Source: Candidatus Saccharimonadota bacterium
GTDB lineage: Bacteria; Bacillota_I; Bacilli_A; Mycoplasmatales; Hepatoplasmataceae
Assembly: GCF_000582535.1 (NCBI RefSeq)
Contig: NZ_CP006932.1
Location: forward strand, 625,102 to 657,101
Length of the DNA: 32,000 bases
Reading direction: 5' to 3'
How positions within the stretch are numbered: position 1 is the first letter of the stretch; the number at the start of each line of letters is the position of its first letter. A program made the translations under genes and the position numbers. Positions 1-11,360 of this stretch are shown one piece after another. The notes under the pieces are model-generated. The model searched no databases. It saw nothing but the letters and a program-made list of their open reading frames with translations, and was not told the DNA's origin.

Positions 1-2031
1 AATTTTAGAAAATACATATTGAGTGTTAGTATCTAAATTATTTTGTAAAAATTCTAGTTGATAATTCTGTGTTCCATTAATTACACCATTTGAGATAACA
101 TTTAAAGTAACAAAAGAGGAATTATATATATTCTCGTTTTGATCAATTAATCAAATTCCATTATTTACATCATATTGCGTGAAATTTGTTTCATTTTCAT
201 TTGGTTTCAAATTATCAATTTCAATATTAAATTCAAATGATGTTGTGGTAATTGAATTTTCTATAATAAAAATAGAATTTTCTTTAATTATTGGTGTTGT
301 TTTTTCTGTTTGAAAATACATAGGATCTTGATCAATGGTATATTTATATTCACCATTTTCATAAAAATATTGAATTGAATCAATTTGATAATTTGTTTCT
401 GAATTTAAATCTGTTAGTGTAATTTCATAGGAATCATCAATTACAAATTCTTGCGAATTATAAATATTTTGATCTAAATCAGTATAATTTACTTTAATTT
501 TTCGTTCAGAAGAAGTGTAATCTAATAAATTAAATTCTTCACCATTTTGACTAAAATCTAATAAAATTGTTACATCTTCTTGATTTGGATCTAAAATTTG
601 ATAATTGGAAATTAAGTAATCAGAATCAGAAGAAGGAAATATTGAAAATATTGAACTAAATTCCTTTAAATTGGAATTATCATAATAATTTGTTAATTGA
701 TAATTAGAATTATCACCACAACCATATAAAATATCACTTTCTCCATCATTATTTAAATCAGCTAATAAATAACTATTTTTAGAACCAAAATAAAAATCTT
801 TTAATTTAAAATTATTAGTATTAAAAATTAATTGAGGAAAATAAATTCCATTTTCATTTAAATTATAATTCCCAAGTTGACCATATTTATTTGATCCTCA
901 AATATAAAGACTATCTGCATATTGATCATTATTTTGATCAATTAGCACACCCGAATTATATAAACTAATTGATAAATCAATTATATTTCCGTTTCAATTA
1001 TCTTGTCCTTGTGGTGTTATTTTTTGTGGAAATAAAGAATTATTTGTTGTTCCATTTCCCAGTTGGCCATTACTATTATCTCCTCATATATAAATATTAT
1101 CACCATAATTATCAGAATCTATATCATCTATAATAATTGAAATATTATTTGCACTTGCTTCTAAATCAATTATATTTCCGTTTCAATTATCTTGTCCTTG
1201 TGGTGTTATTTTTTGTGGAAATAAAGAATTATTTGTTGTTCCATTTCCAAGTTGGCCATTACTATTATCTCCTCAAGTATAAATGGTATCACCATAATTA
1301 TCTTGATCAGTATCTATTAAAACAGAAGAAAAATATTCCCCTAAGGCAATATCAACAATATTTCCTCCTCAATTATTTTTTTCTTTTGGAGTTACTTTTG
1401 TTGGAATAGATATAGTTCCTCCTATTGTTCCATTTCCAATTTGGCCTTTGCTATTATCTCCTCATATATATAATGTATCAGCATACCCATCATTATTAGT
1501 ATCAACAGAAATTGCTGTATTAGTATATGATAAATCTAAATCAATAATCTCTCCTTTTTTATTATTTTTAGAAGAATAAGAAATTACAGGAAATAAAATA
1601 TTATTTTCACTATCATTTATTTGATTTGAATTATTATCTCCTCACACATATAATGTATCTCCATAATTATCATTATCGGTATCAACTAAAACAGACGAAT
1701 TATATCCGTCAAGCGATAAATCAACAATATTTCCATTTCAATCTTCTTGATTTTTTGGAGTTATCAAAATAGGTTTTGCGATATTTACATTTTCAGAACC
1801 ATTTCCAATTTGACCATATTGATTATCTCCTCACATATAAAGAGTATCTGCATAATTATCATTATCGGTATCAATAATAATTCCAGAATGATAATATCCT
1901 GCATCACCACTTATAATGTTATTTTGATCATAAAAATCAGAATTAATATTTTTATTGTTAAAGTTTATTTTAAAAATGCTTAAATTTAGAAACAAAAAAG
2001 GAAGCATCAAAAAAGCTACAAATTTTCTCAT
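1..2031 (-). CDS. Secreted RCC1-like 7-bladed beta-propeller protein with a C-terminal non-repeat domain; partial, C-terminus runs off the window start
   Basis: ATG at 2031. The frame stays open to position 1: 677 codons with no TAA/TAG, checked triplet by triplet, with several TGA=Trp. N-terminus MRKFVAFLMLPFLFLNLSIF looks like a signal peptide. Seven repeats of about 62 aa carry H-S-G...D-x-D-x-D-x-Y-A-D-T-L-Y-x-W-G-x-N-x-x-G-Q-x-G-N-G. The W of each WG is a TGA, which is why the track stops at ...ADTLYM. Confidence 0.8.
973..1275 (-). repeat. Intragenic direct repeat: two 114-bp copies (973-1086 and 1162-1275), 113/114 identical, offset 189 bp (63 codons, one propeller blade)
   Basis: Direct comparison of the two stretches shows a single mismatch (c at 1060, a at 1249). 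Both encode WGDNSNGQLGNGTTNNSLFPQKITPQGQDNWNGNIIDL. The other blades are much more diverged at nucleotide level. Confidence 0.9.
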
Positions 2032-2054
2032 AATAAATCTCTTAAAGAAAATAA

Positions 2055-2084
2055 AAATTTAAAAAATTTAAATTTTTTAAATTT
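2055..2084. promoter_or_regulatory. 30-nt perfect palindrome aaatttaaaaaatttaaattttttaaattt in the divergent intergenic region between the propeller gene and metG
   Basis: The sequence equals its own reverse complement. It lies between divergent starts at 2031 (-) and 2175 (+). It is pure A/T, so chance occurrence is not negligible. Confidence 0.4.
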
Positions 2085-2162
2085 ATTTTAATATATTATA
2101 AAATTTAATAAATCCCTTACAAGATTATTATATTAAAATTTAAAAAAATAGATAATATTTAA

Positions 2163-3655
<1,493 letters not shown>

Positions 3656-3659
<4 letters not shown>

Positions 3660-4567
3660 TTAAACTCTAAATTTGTATCAATTAATTTAACTTTGCTGAA
3701 ATCAATTTTATTTAAATTTGCAGATTTTAATTTTACTGATTTAAATTCTGCTCCTTCTAAATTTGCTTTTGCAAGATTTGCATAACTAAGATCAACATTT
3801 TCTAGTCTTGCATTTTTAAAATTCACATAAGCAAGATTTGTATAAGATAAATTAATATTTTTAAGATTAGCTTCACTAAAATCAACAAATTTTAAGTTTG
3901 ATTTATTAAAATTAATATCTTTAAGGTTGGATTTAATAAAACTTGAATAAACTAAATTAGAAGATGATAAATTTACATCATTTAGTCTTGCTTCATTAAA
4001 TAAAGATTTTTTAAGATTGCAATGATCTAAGGAAACTTTATCTAAAATAGATTTATTAAAATTAGAATTAAGTAATCCTAAATAATTTATTTTTACTTCT
4101 TTAAAATTTGCTTTTGTAAAATTAACTTTTACAAAATTTTCATTTAAAAAACTAAATAAAAATTTTTTATTATTTATTTCTACATTATTAAATTTTGCAT
4201 CAGTAAAATTAACTTTTGTTAATCTTACTTTTTTTAAGTTTACATCAGTAAGACTTGATTTATTAAATTTTGCATCAGTAAAATTAACTTTTACAAAATT
4301 TGTTTTTATCAAATTTGTATTAATAAAATTAGAATCATTAAGATTTGATTTTAAAAAATTTGCTTCTTTTATATTTGAATCTTCCAAATTTGCTTCTTTT
4401 AAATTTGTTTTTTTAAAAATTGAAAAATCTAAATTTGCTCTACTTAAATTAATTTTGTTCAAATTAGATTTTAAAAAAACTGAACCTTGTAAATTCTTTT
4501 CAGAAAAATTTACTCCTGTTAAATTTTTTTTCTTTAATTCTGTTTTATTAATATTATTATTATCCAT
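3656..4567 (-). CDS. Pentapeptide-repeat protein (303 aa), almost entirely A(D/N)LxX-type repeats; predicted right-handed quadrilateral beta-helix
   Basis: Intact ORF in the track. It contains about 55 consecutive pentapeptides (ANLEDSNIKEANFLKSNLNDSNFINTNLIKTNFVKVNFTDAKF...) and has no signal peptide. An AAGGA RBS sits 5 nt upstream of the ATG. The ATG lies 11 nt after the helicase stop. The 3' end overlaps the metG stop by 4 nt (convergent). Confidence 0.9.
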
Positions 4568-4578
4568 ATTTTTCCTTA

Positions 4579-7500
4579 TTAATTATTTTTGATTAAATTT
4601 TCAATATTTTTTAATTCTTGTTTTTGATTATTAAATCAATTGTTTATTCAAACACGATAGAATTTATATCCTCTTTCATTTAAAAAATCTTGTTTTGAAA
4701 TATCTCTTTTTCGGACAGATTTATAAGAATTTTTGATTATTTCATCTGTTTCGATCAAAAGACTTACATTATTATCTTGGTCGTAAATTAAAAAATCAAT
4801 ATTATATCCATAATTATCATCTTGATTTGCTACATTTAAATTATATTTATTTGTTATTTTTTTTAATTCAAAATAAAAATCTTTTTCAAAATTTGATTTA
4901 AATTCTTTTAATTTAAATCTTTCATTTAATGATAAATTATTATTTAATTCCATACAGTATTTTAAAAATCTATAAAGTATATATATTCCACTTTCAAGAT
5001 TGTGTTTATGTAAATTATTACGAATAAAAAAATTTTCAAAATCTATTTGTTTTAATGAAGTTACTACATACATTTTTAATCTTGATCTTGTAATTGCTAC
5101 ATTAATTCTATTTATTCCTCCTTCTTGATTAATTGGTCCAAAATTAAAAAGAACTTTTCCTTCTTCATTTTTTCCATATAAAGTAGAAAAAATAATAATA
5201 TCTCTTTCATCTCCTTGCACATTTTCAATGTTCTTTACAAATAAATTAACATCTCTACTATTTATTCAATTTGCAAATTCAAGATCAGAAAAACCAATAC
5301 TTGCAATTTGTTCTAAAATATATTTTTCTTGTCTTGAATTCATTGTAATTATTCCAATTGATTTATCTTTAAATTTTTCTGCATTTTTAATTGAAATAAG
5401 AATTTCAATAATCTTATCTGATTCTTTTTTATTCAAACTATTTTTATATAATGGATCATTTATTTGATAATATTCAATTGGTTGATAATCTATATTTTTA
5501 TTATTTTTAGTAATAAAAGTAAGATTACTATTATAAAAAATTTTATTAGAATATTCAATTAATTCCTTATAATCAGAACGATAATGATGTTCCAACATTA
5601 TATGAGGAAATTTTGCTTTTGCATAAGTTAATAAAGATAATTTATTATCTATTAAATTATCATCTTCATATTTTTCAAGTTCTTCTGTTGTATTTCTAGA
5701 AATAAAAAAATTTGTTGGTGATAATTGTTTTTCGTCTCCCAAAATTACAACTTTTTTAGATCTTTCTATTGAAGGTAAACTTCTCTCAATAAACATTTGT
5801 GAAGCTTCATCAAAAATTACTAAATCAAATTGATCTTCTAATGTAAAAATACTTGAAATTGTTTCAGGATTTAATAATCAAATTTTATATAAATTTTTGA
5901 AATCTTGTGCTTCGTTTTGTAAAAATACTTTTACTCCTCATTTTTTCTTAACATTAAAAATTATTCTTTTAAATTGATCACTTGTTTTTCTAAAATTAAT
6001 TCAAAAATTCATTGCAAGATAATATTTTGCAATTTTGCTAAATTTATCAATTTTATCTTTTCTTAAATTTAAAAAATCCTTGTAATTATCTTTTCATTTA
6101 AAAACTTGTTCTTCAATTTTAAATAAAAAGTCAAATTTATTTATTCTTTCACGAAAGATTTTAAATTCAATAATTTCTAATAATTTGTCATATTTTATTT
6201 TATTTTTCTTAGTAAAATCTAAAAATTCTTTTAAAAAATAGAATTGACCATCAGTAAAATTTTTTATTATTTGAAATTCTTTAAAACTTAAATTTAAGTT
6301 AGCTTCCAGATTTTTATATTTTGTTATTAAATTTTTTTGTTCTTCTAGATTTTTATTAAATAAATTATTATATTTTAAAATAATTTTATTTTTTAAAAGA
6401 TCATAATCTTTTATTTCATTAAAAGACTTTTTAAGAATAATAATCATTTTAGCAATACTTTGTTCTACTTGTAATTCTTTTTTTTGATTTCCATATTTTC
6501 GATCATATTTAATTTTATTAATCAAAAATTCCTTCTTTGCTAAATCAAAATCACTTTTTAAATTTTTATATTCTAATTTAAAATTATCATTTTCTAGTAA
6601 ATATTTAGAAAATAATTTTTCCTTAAAATCATTTTTTAACAGTGAAAAAAAATATTTTTTCAAAATAGGATGAATTTTCGAAAAATAAATTAAATCATGA
6701 GAATAGGTAAACAATTTTTCAAAAAGATCTAATGAATGAGATGCGACAAAAGAATTAAGTTTATCATTTTCAAAATATTTTAATATTTCGTCATATCTAG
6801 AATCATTTATATTTTTTCACAAATCATTCCAAATAAGTTTTAAATTTTTTTCTTCTAAAATTAATTCTTCTTTTTTAATATCAATTAAACTATTAAAGTA
6901 ATCAGATACTTCTGCATTATTTTTGATTACAAAAGAAGAACCATATTTTCTTGTTATTTTCTCTCTTAATTCAATAATTTTATTAATTTTTAAAGCAGAA
7001 TGATTTTTTAATAAAAATTTTATTTCATCTAAAAAAATACTAAAATTATTTTTTTTTGATCCTTCTTTTAAAATAAAGGAATTTATTTTTTCATTATCAA
7101 TTTTCAATTTTAAAAAATTATCAAAATTCTTAAATTTTCCATAATGTTCTTCCATTATTTCTAAGATTTTTTTATTTTCAATTGAAGGGATATTTTTATG
7201 AAAATCAATTAAATCCATTTCTTCAAGGATATTAATAATTTTTTGTGATAAAATATCTAATTTATTTATTTCATCTAATAATGATTTGTTATCAATAAAA
7301 TTTACTTCTTCTTGTTCTAAAATTTCTTTGCTAGTTTCATAAGAATGATTTATTTGTTCATAAAATTCTGATTTATTGTTTATATCAGTAAGATAAAAAG
7401 CAAATCTGTTTAATTTTTTTAATCTTTTATAAATAACATCCAAAGCAGCTCTTTTTTCCGAAACAATTGCCACTCTTTTATTTTTTAAAATTGCATCATA

Positions 7501-8640
7501 AATAATTGAAAGAATAGTTTGTGATTTTCCTGTTCCGGGAGGTCCTCAGATAACTAAATTATCAATATCTTTATCATTAATTTTTTTAAGTGCTAAAAAT
7601 TGTTGATCATTTAAGTTATCAACATAAAATATTTTTTTTTCATCTCGATTATAATTATTTTTTTGGGAATATTGATTATTATCAAAAAAATCTAAATTTT
7701 TATTATCATCTTTTTTAATATTTGTTGTTGTACTATATTTTTTTAATTGTTCAGTAGAATATCCACTTTCTAATATTAAATTTAGATCTCTTTTAATTGC
7801 ATTATCATATTTATCAAAAAAACCTATTGTATAAGTTTTTTCTATTGAAAAATTAAAATTAAATTTAATAATTTTTTCATAATTTTTAAACTCAATTACT
7901 TCATCATGATAATTTAAAAAATATTTATCAATTAATTTTTTATCTTTTTTAAAATTTTTAAATAATAATTTAATATTTTCTAAGAAACTTTTCTCAAGAT
8001 TATAATAATAATCATCTATTTTTAAAAAATTTTCTATAATAAAATTATTAGTTAATATATCTCTTGTATTATCAAAATTCATTATAACTTTATGATTAGA
8101 ATGATCAAATTTTAAAAAAATTGGAATTAAAAAAATTGGTGATCTTACAGGAATAATTTTATTTCCATTATTAAAATTTTTAAGAAAATAATAGGGTACA
8201 AAATAAAATGTTGCATATCCTATTTCATTTTTTATTTTTTGATTTTCTTTTTCAAGATTATTAAATTGTAAAAAATTTTTTTCATCAATACTTTTTTTGA
8301 AATTAGAATTTTTATTTTGTTTTTTAAGATAAATTTTTTTATTATTTTTTAAATAGTAAAAGTTAAAATTTTTTATTGAAAAAGTAGCATTTTCTAAATT
8401 TGTTAATTTTAAATTTAATTTTAAATCTTTAATATCATTATTTAGAAAATAATTAATTTTTTCTAATTGCTCTTGCTCAATATTATAAATGGAAAAATTA
8501 TAATTTGTGCTCTTCGAAGTTCATATATTACGGTTTCTTTTGCTTAAATTTGTTAATTTTTTTTGAAAATTTTGTAATTCAAACTCAAATTTTTTTGTAA
8601 TAGGAAATCGTTTTATATTAACCTTTTCTACATTTTTCAT
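4579..8640 (-). CDS. Large SF1 (Upf1/DNA2-like) helicase, 1353 aa, with a DUF4011-like N-terminal region and a C-terminal PD-(D/E)xK / DUF559-Vsr-like endonuclease domain
   Basis: Five track fragments (4648-5220, 5266-5796, 6094-6714, 6817-7473, 7546-8082) and the region 8083-8640 are all in one frame. Every junction was checked and interrupted only by TGA. ATG at 8640 has an AGGAG RBS. The 'stop' at 4648 is also TGA, and the true TAA-TAA is at 4579. Motifs: SPIFLIPIFL (DUF4011-like), Walker A VIWGPPGTGKSQ, motif II FDLVIFDEASQM, VQGDERDIIIFS, INVAITRSR. The C-terminus has YNIDFLIYD...LLIETDE....RD...FL...GYKFYRVW. A K/E/N-rich coiled-coil-like insert of about 450 aa lies between Walker A and motif II. 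Confidence 0.85.
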
Positions 8641-8772
8641 TAAATTTTTTTCTCCTCTAAATCTACAGAAAATATTTAAAAATAAATAACTATTTAATAA
8701 TCTTAAGTTAAAATTATTATATATTTTTTGAAATATATCTTATAATTTACGAATTATAATAAAAATAAATTA

Positions 8773-8778
8773 TATAAT
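8773..8778 (+). promoter_or_regulatory. Candidate -10 box (TATAAT) 7 nt upstream of the 8786 ATG, with no Shine-Dalgarno in between; possible leaderless transcript
   Basis: The sequence reads tatataatttcaaaaATG. There is no purine-rich SD. TATAAT-like hexamers are common in such AT-rich DNA, so this is weak. Confidence 0.3.
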
Positions 8779-8785
8779 TTCAAAA

Positions 8786-9505
8786 ATGAAAAAAGAACAA
8801 TTAGAATTTATTAAAAAAGAAAATTATGAATATTATTTAAGATTAAAAACAAAAATTGAAGAAAATTATACACCTAGCAAAATTATTAAATATGCAAATT
8901 TTTCATCTGCTTTTTTCTATTATCTTGGATATGTAATTCTTATTACATTATTTCAAAATGCAGCTGCTCTTGCTAGCTCTAGAAAAAGAAATTTTAATAA
9001 TTCTTTAATATATGCTTTATTAGGTTTTAATATTTTTTTCTTTTTATATTTAGGTGAAAATAATAAATATAAAAAATATTATCAAAAAGAACTTGAAAAA
9101 ATTGAAATACCAGAGCAAATAAAAATAAAAATTAATAATCAAAAATTATTAAAAAAAATAACAGAAAAAGATTTCGAATATATCAAAAGAGAAAAATTAT
9201 TTAATGTTAATTATCCCAATAATAAAAATTTAATAGGTTTTGTATATGGTTCAAGTATTAGATCTAAAAGTTTATTTAAAGATATACATGCAAATATCGA
9301 GAATATAAGCGGAGGAAAAATAAACACATATAATATTTTATTAAATGAAGCACGAGAAGAGGCAATTGAAAAAATGATAAAAGATGCAATATTAAAGTAT
9401 GGTAGTTTTGAAGGCAAAGCTATCTATAACATTAGATTATCTACATCACAAATATCAATGGGAGCAAGTGAAATTTTAGTTTATGGAACTCTTGTATATG
9501 AATAA
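8786..9505 (+). CDS. Membrane-anchored YbjQ/UPF0145 (DUF74)-domain protein (239 aa)
   Basis: Intact ORF ending in TAA. Two hydrophobic helices are present (FSSAFFYYLGYVILITLF, LIYALLGFNIFFFLYLG). The C-terminal ~105 aa match the YbjQ pattern: GFVYGSSIRSKSLFKDI..NIENISGGKI..Y..LL.EAREEAIEKM...A...GA.AI.NIRL.....SMGASEILVYGTLV. Confidence 0.8.
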   Translation: MKKEQLEFIKKENYEYYLRLKTKIEENYTPSKIIKYANFSSAFFYYLGYVILITLFQNAAALASSRKRNFNNSLIYALLGFNIFFFLYLGENNKYKKYYQKELEKIEIPEQIKIKINNQKLLKKITEKDFEYIKREKLFNVNYPNNKNLIGFVYGSSIRSKSLFKDIHANIENISGGKINTYNILLNEAREEAIEKMIKDAILKYGSFEGKAIYNIRLSTSQISMGASEILVYGTLVYE

Positions 9506-9512
9506 TAAAAAA

Positions 9513-11279
9513 TTACTGAATAAAAATAACAGCAAATTTTTTATTATTTCTTTCCATTTTATCAACTAGTTCTTTTATTTTACTATCATCCACATAATCT
9601 TCTTGTTCAAATTGTTCAAAATTATTTAAACCTTTTTCTCCGATTTTTTTATAAAGTTGAGCTAATGAACTTATTGGTCTAAATTCAAAATAAGTTTCGT
9701 AAATTTGACTTGGAATATATTCTTTATTATTGTTATAATAAAGAATTTTTTTAGACTCTTTAAAAATATTTTCTTCAAACTCTTCTTTTAAATATTCTTC
9801 AATTCCAAATACAATTTGTAATAATTTTAAAGTTTCTTTTTTAGTTATGTTTGCTTTAATATCTTTTTCTGTACGATTTAAAAAATGAATTCTTGTATTT
9901 CCAATATTATCTCTTTCAAAAATATTTACTTTAAAATTTTTATCATATAAAAAAGGAGAATGAGTTGCAAATACAAAATAGATATTTTTAAAAATATCTT
10001 CATTTTCAGAAATTAAATTTTTAAGATATTTTTTTAATTCTATTTGTAATGGTATTGAAAGATTATTTTCTGGTTCATCAACCATTATAATTTTCACATT
10101 TTTTGGATCTTGATAAATTATTGAATTAATAATAAAAATAAAATCTAAAAAAGATTTAGTTCCATCACTACTATCAATTCCAGTTTTATTTCCTATTAAT
10201 CAATTTTTCTTAGAATCAAAATTTAAAATTATTTTATTATTTAAAACATTTACTTTTAAATTAAAATCAATAAATTGAAATTTCTCTAAAATTTTATTTA
10301 TTTTAGATGTTATTCTTGATTCAATTTCTTTTCTTTTTTCATTTTTAAAATTTCCAGAAGGCATCTGATAATAAATTTTTAATTCTTCTTTATTTGGATA
10401 AAGAAAATTAAATATTTTATTTATTTTTGCTTTTTCTGAAAATGAGCTATCACTATTTATTTTTTCAAACAAATAACTTAAATTATAAATATATTCTAAA
10501 TTTCCATTTTTTAATGCACTTTTAATATAAATAATTTGCGGTTTTTTTGTTAATGTTTGTGATATTTTTAAAAAACTATTAAAAATTATTTCTGATGTTA
10601 TATGAATTCTATTATTATTAATGTTAATATAACTAAAATCTGTTACCTTTTCAAATTTTCCATATTTAGCAAAAGAAATAACACTTTGAATTTTGCTATA
10701 GATTTTATTTAATAAAGTTGAATTTTTTAAGCTATTTTCATAATCTTTTATGTCATTATAAAAATTTTTATAAAAATTATCATTATTGGGATTTTTTAGA
10801 TAATCAACTACAATTTTTTTATAAATTGAATTTTCATCAAGTGAATATAAATAATTATTTCCATTTGAATCAGAACCTATTGTTCTTCCATTATTACGAA
10901 AAAAATTCATATATTTATTCTTTATTTCATTTGAAAATAAATTATTTAAATTTCTCTCGAGATCATTTAATTCTTCTTCTGAAAATTTATAGTTTAAAAT
11001 TACTTTTGAAACTATATCTTCTTCACTTTCTAATTTATAATTTATTCTTTCGCTTCCTTCAATTTTTCTTAAAAATTTGGTTTTATTATTTTCATTATTT
11101 TCATTGATAAAATTAATTCCTTCTAAAAAGGATGTTTTACCGGAAGAATTAATTCCCAATAATAAATTAACATTATTACTATATAAATTAACAATTTGTT
11201 TGTTAAAAATACTTTTAATTCCTTCTATTTGAAAAATCATTCTATTTTCTTCAATATTCATAAAATATAAATTCTCCAT
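9513..11279 (-). CDS. ABC-type / OLD-like AAA ATPase (AAA_15/AAA_21-like), 588 aa
   Basis: Track fragments 9513-10097 and 10200-11279 are in frame and joined through TGA at 10200-10202 (...FDSKKNWLIGNKTGIDSSDGTKSFLDF...KIIMVDEPENNLS). Motifs: Walker A GINSSGKTS, signature-like SSDGTKS, Walker B IIMVDEPE, H-loop FATHSPFL. A long helical insert lies between the lobes. The real start may be the internal MIFQIEG (11240). Confidence 0.8.
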
Positions 11280-11360
11280 TTCTTCTAAATTCTATTTAAT
11301 TTAATTAAATTTATATTGTCTTTTAAATTATATATAATTTAATAAATTGAGGGGTTATAA

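Noticed and set aside
1137-1983. Track ORFs antisense to, or out of frame with, stronger genes: 1137-1409(+), 1747-1983(+), 5228-5467(+), 9211-9417(-), 10718-11107(+), 11878-12102(-), 19557-19769(+), 20483-20665(+), 22452-22742(+), 24793-24981(-), 27439-27648(+), 28192-28446(+), 28439-28627(-), 29103-29291(+).
   Set aside because: Each lies wholly inside a longer, motif-supported CDS on the other strand or in another frame. Their translations are low-complexity (F/L/I/Y/H/N-rich), as expected for shadow ORFs in AT-rich DNA. No RBS or conserved motif was seen.
4185-4292. An exact 33-bp direct repeat (ttattaaattttgcatcagtaaaattaactttt at 4185-4217 and 4260-4292) inside the pentapeptide gene.
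   Set aside because: The offset is 75 bp, or 25 codons (five pentapeptides), and both copies encode KVNFTDAKFN. It reflects internal repeat-unit duplication of the beta-helix, not a regulatory or mobile element.
4648-8082. Five consecutive same-strand ORF fragments that look like a decayed pseudogene. The same pattern appears for metG, recF, tatD, yidC, the ATPase and the 15551-16483 gene.
   Set aside because: All fragments share one frame, and every interrupting stop I checked is TGA (tca on the plus strand), never TAA/TAG. Conserved motifs continue across the junctions. These are intact genes under table 4, not pseudogenes.
9513-9950. A Toprim nuclease domain at the C-terminus of the ABC-like ATPase, which would make it a GajA/OLD orthologue.
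   Set aside because: The ~140 residues after the H-loop lack a convincing (I/V)xxEG...DxD pattern by eye (KKILYYNNNKEY, EDYVDDSKI are poor matches) and are short for Toprim. I left it as an ATPase with an unassigned tail; a profile search is needed.
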